Made by a program: the position numbers and the translations under genes. DNA of 64,000 bases from the human T2T-CHM13v2.0 reference genome, Homo sapiens. Location: assembly GCF_009914755.1 (NCBI RefSeq), contig NC_060929.1, one strand, 5' to 3'. This document shows, one piece after another, positions 1-13,244 of the stretch; position 1 is the stretch's first letter, and every line of letters starts with the position of its first letter. The notes under the pieces are model-generated. The model was not told the origin of the DNA and made no database searches. It was given only the letters and a program-made list of their open reading frames with translations.

Positions 1-411
1 TTGTTAGCTTCTCTTTCTATTTCTGCTTGGAATCATTCCACTAGATGACTGCTACTGAAATCTAATTTTCCAAGTTTCTTAAGAATACCCTTTCAATGCC
101 AAGTCTCATTCCAAACAGCAAATCTCATTGACCTACGCCCATGACTGAAGTTCTAATGACTAAAATCCTTCAGCAGCGCTACTATTTCAGATCAAGTTAT
201 TAAAACTATAGTTCCCCTCAAATGCACATTGATTAGTGAAAGAAGCCAGCCTGACTGGCAACACACTGTAGGATTCTATACGACAATCTGAAAAAGGCAA
301 AAATATAGAGGGTAGAAAGATCAGTGGTTGAATGTACTATCACTAAATTCTACACTTAAAAATGGTAAAAATGGCAAGTTTTATGTCATGTATACTTTAC
401 CATAATTTGTT

Positions 412-733
412 TGTTTGCTTTTTGAGACAGTCTTGCTCTGTCACCCAGGCTGAAGTGCAGTGTTGTGATATCTGCTAACTGCCACCTCCACCTCCTGGTT
501 CGAGAGATCCTCCCAACTCAGCCTCCTGGGTAGCTGGAACTACAGGCACACACTGCTATGCCCAGCTAATTTTTTGTTTTAGTTTTTGTTTTGTTTTTTG
601 TTTTTTTTTTTTAGTAGAGATGGGGTTTCACCATTTCGGCCAGTCTGGTCTCAAACTCCTGACCTCAAGTGATCTACTCACCTTGGCCTCTCAAAGTGCA
701 GGGATTACAGGCATGAGCCACTGTTCCTGGCTG
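412..733 (-). mobile_element. Alu
   Basis: Full dimer; TSD tttaccataatttgtt at 396-411 and 736-751. Confidence 0.95.
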
Positions 734-758
734 GTTTTACCATAATTTGTTGAAGGGC

Positions 759-789
<31 letters not shown>

Positions 790-981
790 AGGTGTCAGAG
801 GTGCAGGATGAGAGGTGAGGAGGAGTAATAGGTAAATCACAGGGTGGGTTTTAGAGTGGTAAAATTATTTTGTATAATACCATAGCCAAGAAAGCCATGA
901 ATGCATAAGCACGTGCATGTGTCAAAATACACGGAGCTGTCAAACACAGAGAGTGAACCCTAATATAAACCGTGGATTTAA

Positions 982-1303
982 GGCCCAGCATGGTGGCTCA
1001 CACCTGTAATTCCAGCACTTTGGGAGGCCGAGGCAGGCGGATCACTTTGAGCTCAGGAGTTCGAGACCAGCTTGGGCAACATGGTAAAACCCCATCTCTA
1101 CAAAAAACACAAAAATTAGCTGGGCGTGGTGGCTTGCACCTGTGGTCCCAACTACTTGAGAGGCTAAGGCTGGAGAATAGCTTGAGCTAGGAAGCAGAGG
1201 TTGCAGTGAGCCGAGATCAGGCCACTGCACTCCAGCCCGGGTGACAGAGTGAAATCCTGTCTCAAAAATAAATAAATAAATAAACAAACAAACAAACAAA
1301 CAA
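982..1303 (+). mobile_element. Alu
   Basis: Full dimer with a (TAAA)/(CAAA) tail. Confidence 0.95.
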
Positions 1304-2484
1304 ACTATGGACTTTAGTTAATAAGAATGTACCAGTATTGGCTCACCAATTGTAAGAAATGTACCATACAAATGTAAGATGTTAATAACAGAGGAATCTG
1401 AAGGAAGGCGGGGAGAGTATATGGGAACACTGTACTTTCTGCTCAATTTTCTGTAAACAAAAAACTGCTCTAAAAATAAAGTCTATCAATTAAAAATTAA
1501 GAAACAAAACTTAGTTCCTGTTGTGGTCATAAATGTCTAATTAAAGAGAAGTTTTCTTAAAAAAAAAAAAAAGTCCTTCCTGCCAAATTGCCAAATTGTA
1601 GATCTAGGTAAATATTACCTTAATTGCATGTTCATATTTCTTCTTTGTGGATGAGTTTTCTATTTAATAAGTACCTCTATCTTTAAACATCAGACAGCTC
1701 ATTGGGGACAGATATTTATTAAATGCCCATTCTTTGCAAGGCTATGTAGTAGGCATTAATATACTTTTAAATAAATAAAGCAAAATCTTGTATTGCAAAT
1801 CACGCTTGGGAAGAGGGAAGAGGAAAGAAAGATTTCCATGGGATTTCCCTGGATGGTTTTTTCAGGGTACACAGGTCACCTTGCTCCTGAATCATTCTTC
1901 TCAGCAATCTCAAAGGAAACTGGGACTCTCTCTCCTATCTTTTGTACATTTTTATGGATTCCTTGGCTTCTCTCTACAGCAAGAAGATAATTTCCTAGAG
2001 CAAACAGCCACATTGATATTCATGGGATAAACGGTTTGTAACGGAACAGCAACACCCCGCTAATGTAAATTTCATACACAGCTTCCAAAAGGTTAAACAA
2101 TGCCGCTTAGCTCTACTGTGCCCGGAAAGCAAATGACAGCAGGAGGCTCAACCTTGGCACCAACCTTGGCAGGAGGCTCAACCAGGCTGAGTCCTCAAAC
2201 AGAAATTTCTTTCAGTAACAAGGTCTTGCTCTCTGCTTGGGAGAGATGTTCAGTGCCCTGTAACAGTCTAAGTCCCCTGGAAACTAACAACTCAGACACA
2301 AACAAGCCCCATTCAACTTTCTCAACTCAAAAAGGAAAGACCACAGGCAAAGAATGAGGGAAAAGCAAAGACAGAAATATTTTCAAGTTTTCTTTATGAG
2401 TACATATTTTTAAACAGCTTTCCCACATATGCTTGCTGAATACCTTTATCCTCTCCACTGTTCCTTTACTCAATGCTCTGACTC

Positions 2485-3725
2485 CATCCTCTCACATTCA
2501 GACAGTATTTATTGAGTGCCTACTGTGTGCCGAGTGCCCTAGGATGTGCTGGAGGTACAACAACGAGGAATTCAGACAACTTCTTTGCATCCCATGGGGC
2601 TTATATTCTGGAAGAGGCAGACAATAAACAGGTTAATTTCAGGTTGTGTTACATGATATGGAGAAAAATAAAACTGGGTAATTTTGCAACAAGGAATATA
2701 ATGGTGGTGGGGCATTGGTGTATATATTTTATAAAAGTGGGTCATGAAAGGCCTCTGTCAAAAGGTGACGTTTAAACTGAGACTTGGAGGATGAGAAGGA
2801 GCCAGCCATCTAAAGATGTGTAAAGGCCCCTAGGCAGGGACAAACTTGCATGTTCAGGACTGGGAATGAGGCCAGAGAGTCCAGGGCACAGTCATGGTGG
2901 GAAGACATAGGAGCAGGGGCTAGATCATGAAGGGCCTCGTAAGCACAGTGAGAATTCTGGGTTTTATGCCACATACAATAGAGAAGCAAGGAAGAATTTT
3001 AATCAGGAAAGCAAAATGATCTGATCTACATTTTTGAAAAGATCCATTTTACTACGGTGTGCAGAAAGGATTGCAGAGGGACAAGACTGGAGACAGGGAG
3101 ATGTATTGGGAGAAGACTAGAGGGCGTAGAGCAGATGAGAGGGAGTGACGACTTGGACAAGCAGGTCACTGCTCAGTCTGTACTACACCTGTCCCTATTG
3201 TGGGACACACGTTGAAATCTAGGGGTTGAAATCTAACCCACATCATCTTGCCAAGCCCTGTAATCTAGCTTGGCAAGGGGCTGATTCAGGCTGAGAGGAT
3301 AGCCTTGTAACCATTCATCTACCCCAAAGGAATACTTTTTATCCAATATGGGAAGGTGATTTATCTGCCTTAGGTTAGCCCCAGGGCAATGGAGAGAAAA
3401 GCCTTGATGGAGAAAATACCATAGAAGGTGACCTGAATAAGACTTGCTTGACTGGGGGTAGGTGGGAAAAGGAGAATTAAGTGACTCCTAGGTTTTTGGC
3501 ATGAACATCATGGTGGGTAATCTCATTTCCTAAGAGAGGGGAGATTGAAGAGCAATAGCTATATGGGATTAGAACACTAAATGTTTTGTTTCAAATATGT
3601 TAATTTGAAGCGTCTATTAGACATCATACGGACAATCAGGTGGGGGAGAGTGGCAAAAGAGAAGACTTAACCTCATTCTGGAGGGTGGCAACGTTTAGAG
3701 GTCAGATGGAAAAAAAGGAGCCAGC
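2485..3725 (-). mobile_element. L2 remnant, with an unassigned insert at ~3162-3435
   Basis: L2 3' end motif tatttattgagtgcctactgtgtgcc, followed by L2-like purine-rich sequence. Confidence 0.75.
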
Positions 3726-4233
3726 ATATTCCATGCTTGACTCGCTTAGTGGCTAACACACACTCATGCTATGCAACAGGACATGAAAACCATTTGTTCC
3801 AGAAACGGCTGTCTGGCAGGTGGAAGCTGGGTGTTTTTCACTCAACATGTGTTTTATAGCTCATTTTCAATCAAGGGCTCCCATATAAACCCAGACAGTA
3901 GATCATGTACAAATTTAATTAACTATATTTGTGCAGAATCTCAATCTGACCATAAAAATTTAATGCTTAATATAGTTTAAGGTTCAATGGCCTTTCTTTT
4001 TAAAAGCAGACAGATGAAATGGCCACAGATTAATTTTTCCAGTCATCATCAATAGATCAGAGTTATGAAGACAACTGAGAAGAGTGGATGCTACAAGAAT
4101 CAGTGTGAATATCAGATACATATCAGGACTTAATTACCTTCCACCAAACTCTCCTTAAACAATAATTGTTTTCTCTAATTAACTGTTTGCTCATAGTAAC
4201 ATCTAACTAGTGTCTCCTGAAGCTATTCTCTGA

Positions 4234-4401
<168 letters not shown>

Positions 4402-4599
4402 TGAAGCCAAATATCTTATTCCCAGGCAGAACAACTATATCACTTTCTAATACTTCCTCACCTTTGGGTGCACCCAGGTACAGTGTATATTTGCTAATAA
4501 TAGTAGGGGAGAAAAGATCCTGAAATCCATAAATATTTATAAGCCATAGAGTGAATTCATTCACATTTTTAGGTTTGCTAATTTAGGAAGAGTCGCCAT

Positions 4600-4780
4600 A
4601 AAGAGCGCTAGACCTGGATTTTAGTCTTACCTCGGACACTTGCTGATTGTGTGACCTTTGGAAAGCAGTTACCATCAGTTTTCTTCATCTGTAAAAGGGG
4701 GAGAGGAATGCCTCGTCTGGCTACTTTACTGGAGAGTTAAGCAAACTGAATGAAATGGGGATATGTAAAATCATTTGCCA
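4600..4780 (+). mobile_element. MIR
   Basis: tgtgtgacctttgg...cagttttcttcatctgtaaaag core. Confidence 0.7.
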
Positions 4781-5989
4781 TTTCTGTTGCCAGAATATGT
4801 GAATTCAGGTACATAACAAACTCAATGTTGTTCTGAAATATCTTACCCAGTCATTGTTAGAAATATGCCTGGCAGACCTGATACCAACCTAGCACACAGC
4901 CTGTGTTCTTTCACAATAGCACATATCAGTTGACCAACAGTCATGAGTTTTATTCTGTACATGCTTATTTTGTTACTCACTAGAAGAGATTTTAGAGATT
5001 AATTCACACCTGTTTTAAATAGGAGGAAACTAAGGCCCAGAGAGGTGAAATGACATACTTTTGGTTTAACAGTAAATCTCTCTCAGCTTAAGTTTTACCA
5101 TCTGCTAAATAAGGGGCTTAGAATAGATAAATTATTTTAAAACTGTGTTTCACAGCAGAGCCCACACATAGGCTAAGAGGGAAACAGCAAGAATATGGCC
5201 TCCATTCACCCAGAGCAGATCTGCCTTTAGATCTCTATATATTCCAGTTGTGCATAAATTAGAAGAGAGGGTTTCATGCTGCTGACAACAACTAAATATT
5301 TTAAAACAACTCAGCTTATCAGAGTTCACCAAGTGGCTTGGCCAAATTCTAATAGCAGACTCTCTTTGAGCTGAAATACAGTCTATATGTTCATGTCTTC
5401 AGGAAGGTCACAGCTCTGCAATTTACCTGGTCCCCGCAGGTTCCATGTGTCTTATACCAGCCCACCTCACTCAATCAAGTTACCCCCACTGGCCCCAGAA
5501 TTCCATACTCCCCATGCCCAGCCTCCTATCATTCACATTTGGGGAAATGCTGTGGTTCACTTTCTTAAGTTCTTATCTCCCTACACAGGATGCCAATTGG
5601 GCTGCTATAAAATACGACAGAAGCTTAAACAAGATAGTTTATTTCACTCTCACATAGCAGTTTGAACGTAAGCAATCAGGGCTGATGTGGCAGTTCTGTG
5701 GTGCGTGGGAACAATGTTCTTCCCGTCTTATTGTACTGCTGTTGTCAACCTGACACTAGGCATTCATGAGCCCAGGTTAAACTTGGGATTCCTAAAGGGA
5801 GAATGGCTGCTAGAAGAGTGCTATTGGCTTATGCCACATCTTCTTTATTGAATTTTAAATGCTCAGGGCAGAGACCATGAGATTAGCTTCTACATACCGT
5901 GCATGGTGCCCAATTATATGCAAAATCTGTGCAAGCAAAACTGCTTAACATTCGTTCACTAGTAAAGAAATCAAATAGGAAAAGGAAAG

Positions 5990-7190
5990 ATTTTAAGTAG
6001 AAAAAGCAGGTTGGGTGTGAGGGAACAATTCAGTTCTGGACATATTTAAATTGAAGCGCCTGTTAGACATCAAATGGAAAGGTCAAGTTGACAGCTCTAT
6101 AGACCAATACACAGCTCAGGATCAAAGATTGAACTGGGAATATAAAGTTGGAGTGACCAATATGTGGACTATGTCTACAGCCTTGGAGGAGAACCTGGGG
6201 AATGGATGCAGACAGACAAAAAGAGGTGTCCAGGAAATAGATCTTGGGTGGAGCAACATTTAGAAGTTGGAGAAATGAGGAAAAAACAGCAAGTGAGAAA
6301 GAAATAAGAGCCCTTGAGGTAGGAGGGGAGAAAGAATGATATTTCGGATACCAAAAGAAGGGTTTCAAGAAGGAGGTAATGATCAATTGTGTCAAATGCT
6401 GCTTACAGGTTGAAAATATTAGCAAGGGAGGTCATTAATCATTGGTCACAGCTGCAGAAGAATGTTGAAAGCAAAGTATGTTTGGAACAAGTTCAGGAAT
6501 GAATGAAGGAGACAAATTGGGGACATCAAGTGTCAACGATTCTTCCAAAGAATTTTGATGTAAAAAGGAGTAAAAACAGAATACAGCTGCTAAGAAAAAG
6601 GGGGAGAGAGGGTCAAGAAAACTTTTTTTAAAGATGTGAGAAATAATAGCCTGTTTCATTGCTAATAGGAATGACCCATTAGAAAGATAAAATTTAATGA
6701 TGTAGGTGAGAGGGAAGAATTGCAGCAATGTCCTTGAGTAGGCAAGAGGTGATTGGATCTAATACAGAAGTGGAAGGAGGATGCCAGATAGGAGTCTGGA
6801 CAGTTCATTCTTGGTCACAGCTGGGAAGGCAGAGTATATAGATGTTAAAGCTGGCAAATGAGTAGATGTGATGGAGAAACCTGTGAATACTGTCCATCAG
6901 CTTTTGAAGTGGAATAGAAACAAGATCATTGAGAGTGAGGATGGGGAAGGAGGTATTAAAATTTTTAAAGAAGAAAATTAGATATAAAATGGTTATGTAT
7001 AAAATGGGAGAGTAGATGGACTAAGAATGTATAGCATGCCTGCCTGGCAGCATCAAGAGTCCCCTTGAAAATTATGGTCATGAATTTAAAGTGAGACCAA
7101 ATCAGACCAATTATATGTTTTATTCCAGCCACATTCAGCTGTACAGATGCAAGCAAGAGGAAGTAACTCAAGGGTATATGAAAGGCAATG
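5990..7190 (-). mobile_element. L2 remnant
   Basis: ttcagttctggacat...aattgtgtcaaatgctgct L2-like blocks. Confidence 0.7.
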
Positions 7191-7298
7191 ATTATAATGA
7201 CTAACCTTAGAATAAAAAAAAAGTGAGATCATTATGGTAGTGAGGTATAGCAAAAAAAAAAAAAAACAACAAAATAGTAGGATTAATAAATTGGAAAA

Positions 7299-7666
7299 CG
7301 TATTAGTCCATTTTTACACACTTACGAAGAATTATCTAAGACTGGGTAATTTATTAACATAGAAGGTTTAATTGACTCACAGTTCTGCAAGGCTGGGGAG
7401 GCCTCAGGAAACTTATAATCATGGCAGAAGGCAAAGGGGAAGCAAGGCATGTCTTACATTGTGGCAGGAGAGACAGCGAGCAAGTGAGGGGGAAAATGCC
7501 AAACGCTTTTAAACCATCAGATCTTGTGAGAACTCACTATCACAAGAACAGCATGGAGCAAACCACTGCCATGATTCAATCACCTCCCACCAGGTCCCTC
7601 CCTTGACACATGGGAATTACAATTAGAGATGGGATTTGGGTGGGGACACAGAGCCAAATCATATCA
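7299..7666 (-). mobile_element. THE1D/MSTA-type MaLR solo LTR
   Basis: gtattagtccatt...gcctcaggaaacttataatcatggcagaagg...gatttgggtggggacacagagccaaatcatatca. Confidence 0.9.
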
Positions 7667-8124
7667 AAAGTGCAGGTGGACTTAAAAGACTGTTGGAGTT
7701 AAGCGTTAGAGATAGTAAGGAGAAAGATGGAGGTGGTGGTCAGAGACTAGGTTACAAGAAATAGAATTTTGGAAGGGGTGCAGCCACGTGTAATGATACA
7801 GTCTGGGGTAAGACTGTGTGAATAGGTGACTGAAAAACAAAGGAAAAAAGAACGTTGGTTACTGGGACCAAGAGCACATGTATCCTACATCTTCTATCCC
7901 CATCATCAAGGCTGAGAAGGGGCCTCTGCTCTTGGAATCACATCAAGCTTCACCAGAAGTCAACATGTCAATCAGCAAGATCAAGATAAGCATACACACT
8001 CAAAACGAGGCCTGTCCTTTCCCCAGCAAACGTTAAGAAGGAACAAGTACAGGAGGATCAATACCCTCCTTAGGTCTCCTACACCCATTTTGTATAAGGG
8101 TTCAGAGGAAGACTTTTCAGGCTT

Positions 8125-8460
8125 CCCTTCAAAAACAATTCATATGTTGAAGCCCTAACCCCAAAGTGTTAGTATTTGGAGATGGGTCTTAGAGAGATAA
8201 TTAGGTTTAGATGAAGTCATAAGGGTAGGCCTTTTTGATGGAATTAGTACTCTTACAAAAAGAGACTCTAGAAAGTTTGCCTTCTCTATGCCATGCAAAG
8301 ACACAGCGAGAAGGCAGGCAAAGGGCACCCACCATAAACTGACGATTCTGGCACCTTGATCTTGGACTTGTATCCTCCAAAACTGTGAGCAAATAAATTG
8401 CCATTGTTTAATCTACCCAATCAATGGTATTTTGTTGTGGAAGCCCAAGCTGACTAAGAC
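8125..8460 (+). mobile_element. MLT1A-like MaLR LTR
   Basis: aattcatatgttgaagccctaacccc...ggcaccttgatcttggactt...gctgactaagac. Confidence 0.85.
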
Positions 8461-8781
8461 TCTCAGCCACTCACTCTTATGTGTATACCTAGATCTGGTC
8501 ATTACCTCTGGTAGGTGAGAAACCGAACTCTATAAAGGTTTGGTCTTTTTAAAAATCAGTATGCTCTATTGCCTCTCCCTCGATGTTCATGAAGACGACA
8601 CAGGCCTAGATGAATTTGACCCAAATTCTAATTTAGAGCCCACTGTTTATTAGCTGTATGACATTAAGCAAACACCTGAAGCTTTAATTGTCTCATTGGA
8701 AAAGGGAAGATAATGTCCCCTACCTTGCAGGGTTATTTAAGCATTTAATTAGATTATGTATGATAAAAGCATAGCGTTGTT

Positions 8782-9071
8782 ATTTTGTTTTTTTGAGATA
8801 GGGTCTCACTCTGTCACCCAGGCTGGAGTGCAGTGGCATGATCGCTGCTCACTGCAACCTCCACCTCCTGGGTTCAAGTGATTCTCATACCTCAGCCTCC
8901 TGAGTAGCTGGGATTACAGGCATGAGCTGCCACACCTAGATAATTTTTGTATTTTTGGTAGAGACGGGGGTCTCACCACGTTGTCAAGGCTGGTCTTGAA
9001 TTCCTGGCCTCAAGTGATCTGCCCGCCTCCCAAAGTACTGGAATTACAGGTGTGAGCCACTGTCCCTGGCT
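8782..9071 (-). mobile_element. Alu
   Basis: Dimer; TSD tagc(g/a)ttgtt. Confidence 0.95.
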
Positions 9072-9124
9072 AGCATTGTTTTTATTATATTTTTCAAATA
9101 TATGACAGCTATGAAATTATACCT

Positions 9125-9403
9125 GGCCAGGCACAGTGGCTCATGCTTGTAATCCCAAGACTTTGAGTGGCTAAGGCAGGAGGATAACTTGAGGCCAGGA
9201 GTTTGAGAGCAGCCCTGGCAACACAGTGAGACCCCATCTCTACAGAAAATACAAAAATTAGCCAAGTATGGTGGTGCATGCCTATAGTCCCAGATACTCA
9301 GGAGGCAGATATAGAGGTGGGAGGATTGCTTGAGCACAGGATTCTGAAGTTACAGTGAGCTATGAATGGCCATTGCACTGCAGCTTGGGTGACAGAGCAA
9401 AAC
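9125..9403 (+). mobile_element. Alu (AluJ-like) whose tail became a GGAA microsatellite
   Basis: TSD gaaattatacct at 9113-9124 and 9498-9509 encloses both the Alu and the GGAA array. Confidence 0.93.
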
Positions 9404-9404
9404 C

Positions 9405-9500
9405 GGAAGGATGGAAGGAAGGAAGGCAGGAAGGAAAGAAGGAAAGAAGGAAGGAAGGAAGGAAGGAAGGAAGGAAGGAAGGAAGGAAGGAAGAAAGGAA
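9405..9500 (+). repeat. (GGAA)n microsatellite
   Basis: 11 consecutive GGAA at 9449-9492; about 19 GGAA units in total. Confidence 0.97.
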
Positions 9501-9581
9501 ATTATACCTTTTTTTGCTACCTTTTCACTCAAGAGACAGTATTGTTAGGTTGTTGTGAAAATTAGGTAAGGGAGTACATGC

Positions 9582-9800
9582 CAGGTGTTGGAAAACTACA
9601 GCCCACAGTCCGAGTAGCCTGCTGCCTGTTTTTTTGAACAAAGTTTTACTGGAGCACAATTACATCATTTGTTTAAATATTGTTTATGGCTGCTTTCCTG
9701 TTACAATTAGAGTTAAGTAGTTACAACAGAGAATGTATGTCATGCAAATTCTAAAATATTGACTATCTGGCTCTTTACAGAAAAATATTGTACACCCCTG
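9582..9800 (+). mobile_element. MER58A-like hAT-Charlie element
   Basis: caggtgttggaaaactacagccc...ctctttacagaaaaatattgtacacccctg with terminal inverted ends. Confidence 0.8.
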
Positions 9801-11315
9801 ATATAAGCAAGCATTTAAAACAGCCTTAGTATAAGCTCTCAATAAGCAATAATGTTTCTTCCTTGTAAGCTTACCTCAATTTGCTCAACAAATTATGGGC
9901 AACAGTTGCACACAGGAGAGCAAGTAGAAATAAATCACTTGCATTGTGAAGTCCAACAGTAAAACTCTAGATTACATAGTCCTACGTGTAAGTTCAGATT
10001 TCCCTGGGTGCCATAGCAGAGTTTTTATATTGGGCATAGGGGAGGGTTGAACTTCTATTGTATTTTCACATCACTGCTGATCCTGTGACCAGTGTATCTC
10101 ACACCAAGCATAGCATATGTTCATCAGACTACAATCTATACAAGACACTTAACTAAACCCAAGATTCTCACAGCAAAACAGGCAGGACAAGCCTAAGAGT
10201 GAAACTAAATCACTCTCACGAAATATCACTGATGATATTCAAAAACTCAAATATGAAGATGAGACAGCTCCTAGGGCCACAAAGAGGTGGAAAAAAAAAA
10301 AAAAACAAGAAGATGGTCTGAGAATTGGACTTTTATATCTTCAACATCCCACACTCCCATCTGTCCACAGCAAAATGCATAGAAAATATCCCCCTGACTG
10401 ATGGTTTCTACAGTAAAAAAAGTGACATTGAGGTGAACCACCAGCTTCCCCTACCACCTTAAGTTTCCTGACAGGAGACCTTTCTCTGCTTCAACGCATG
10501 GGAAGCATCATGAATGCCTGAAAGGAAAAATATACCTGAGGACAGCCATAGATAAAGGAGGAGAGTGGGACTATTACCCCCAGCCCTAGAAACTCCATCT
10601 GAAATTCAGCCAAAAGAGATGCCAAATCAGGGTAGCTATTCAGCAGCAATACATTGTAGGAGGAATAGTCCACAGGTCCCCTGGGCATGAACCACTAGCC
10701 AGCCTTCCCACACAGCTGGGATATCCCTTTTGGCACCTCCCCATTTGGGATGGGCAGTGCTCTGATCATTAACTGGAGCCAAGGAAAACCTAGGCTCAAA
10801 GCACAATCTAGTGTTAAAGAGAAAGCAGCAACCAGTGGGGGAAATAAAGAAATTCAGCAGGTAAATTCAAAGAACCTCTAAGCAAACATATCCAATAATA
10901 ATCAAAACAAGCCAGAGAAAGAAGAGAGAAATAATCACTTAATGCAAAAATACAGATGTATATCCACAATAAACACCAGCAAATAGGGAACTATTACCTC
11001 CCTAAATGAACAAAGCAAGGAACCTGTGACTGAGCCTAATAGGATGGTGATACGGAATCTCTGACCAAGAATTCAAAATGACAATTTAAAGGAAACTCAG
11101 TATCTCCAAGATAACACATAAAAGCAACTTAGAAATTTATCAGAGAAATTTAACAAAGAGATTGAAATTTAAAGAAAAATTAGACAGAAATCTCATAACT
11201 GAAAAATACATTTGCTGAGCTGAACAATTTATTAGAAGTTCTCAACAGCAGAAAGGATCAAGCAGAGCAAAGAATCGGTGAGCTCAAGGACAGGTTATTT
11301 GAAAATACAGAGTTA

Positions 11316-11680
<365 letters not shown>

Positions 11681-11714
11681 GAAAAGGAAAAGAAAAACAA
11701 AATACAGCATCACC

Positions 11715-11998
11715 TTTGGGAGGCTGAGGTGGGTGGATTGCCTGAGGTCAGGAGTTCGAGGCCAGCCTGGGCAACATGGCAAAACCCAATCTCTACTAAA
11801 AATACAAAAAATTAGCCAGGTGTGGTGATGCATGCCTATAGTCCCAGTTACTCAGGAGGCTAAGCCACAGGAATCTCTTGAACCCAGGAGGCGGAGGTTG
11901 TGGTGAGCCAAGATTGCACCAGTACACTCCACCCTGGGTTACAGAGTGAGACTCTGTCTCCACCAAAAACAAAACAAAACACAACAACAACAATAACA
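11715..11998 (+). mobile_element. Alu, 5'-truncated, in tandem with the previous Alu
   Basis: Starts at ctttgggaggctgagg; tail of CAAAA/CAA units. Confidence 0.93.
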
Positions 11999-12545
11999 AA
12001 AATATGGAGTCAAGAGAAAAAGGAAAAAAGAATGAAAGGAACAAAAATATAGAGAAAAATTGCCTAAAAAGACAAAAATCAAGAATTATGGATGTTCAAG
12101 TGGGAACTGAGCAAAAACAAGGGGTAGAAAACTTATTCAAAGAAATAATAAGAGAAAACTCTCCAAAACATGAGAAAGAAAAATACCTAGGTACAGGAAG
12201 GTCAGAGAACACCAAACAGATTCAACCCAAATAAGAGTACTTTAAAGGATATAATAATCAAATTCTCAAGTCAAGGACAAAGAGATACTCCTAAAAGCAA
12301 CAAGAGAAAAGCAGCAAATGACATATAAAGAAGCTCCAATTCATCTGGCAACAAACTTCTCAACAGAAACCACACAGGCCAGAAGGGAGTAGGATGACAT
12401 TTTGAAAGTGCTGAAAGAAAGTAACTGCCATCAAAGACTACTGTATCCAGCAAAGCTATCATTCAAACAGGAGGGATAAAGTCTTTCTCAGACGAACAAA
12501 AGCAGAGAGAATTCAACACCAAACCCATCCTATAAAAAATGCTAA

Positions 12546-12852
<307 letters not shown>

Positions 12853-13244
12853 GGGAATTCTTCGATAAGAAAAACCACCATCACCACCGCCACCACCATG
12901 CAAAAAGAAAACATTTGAGGTATAAAACCCACTGTAAGTACACAGAAAAATCCAGAATGCCCTAATACTTGTAAAGGTGGTGTGAAACCCACTTATAACT
13001 CTAGTATAAAGCCTAAAAGACAAATCAAAAACTTTAATAGCTACAGTAATCGTCAAGAGTTAGGCAATATAAAAATATATTAATTGAGACAATATAAAGT
13101 CAAAATGTGGTGGGGGGATAAAGTTTGTTTCTATTGTGTTTTCGTGCTCTGTAAGTTTTCATCTCTTTACAACTTGTTACATCTATAAAGATGTTTTTTT
13201 TTGTAAGCCTCATGGTGTCCACAGTACAAAAGAACTATGAAAAA

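Larger units (their letters stand above)
210..1500 (+). mobile_element. L1MC/L1MD-type 3' UTR with a nested short L1MB-like 3' end and two Alus
   Basis: Characteristic 3' UTR blocks (agtgaaagaagccag; gagtgaaccctaatataaac; ctgtactttctgctcaattt); poly(A) at 759-785. Confidence 0.7.
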
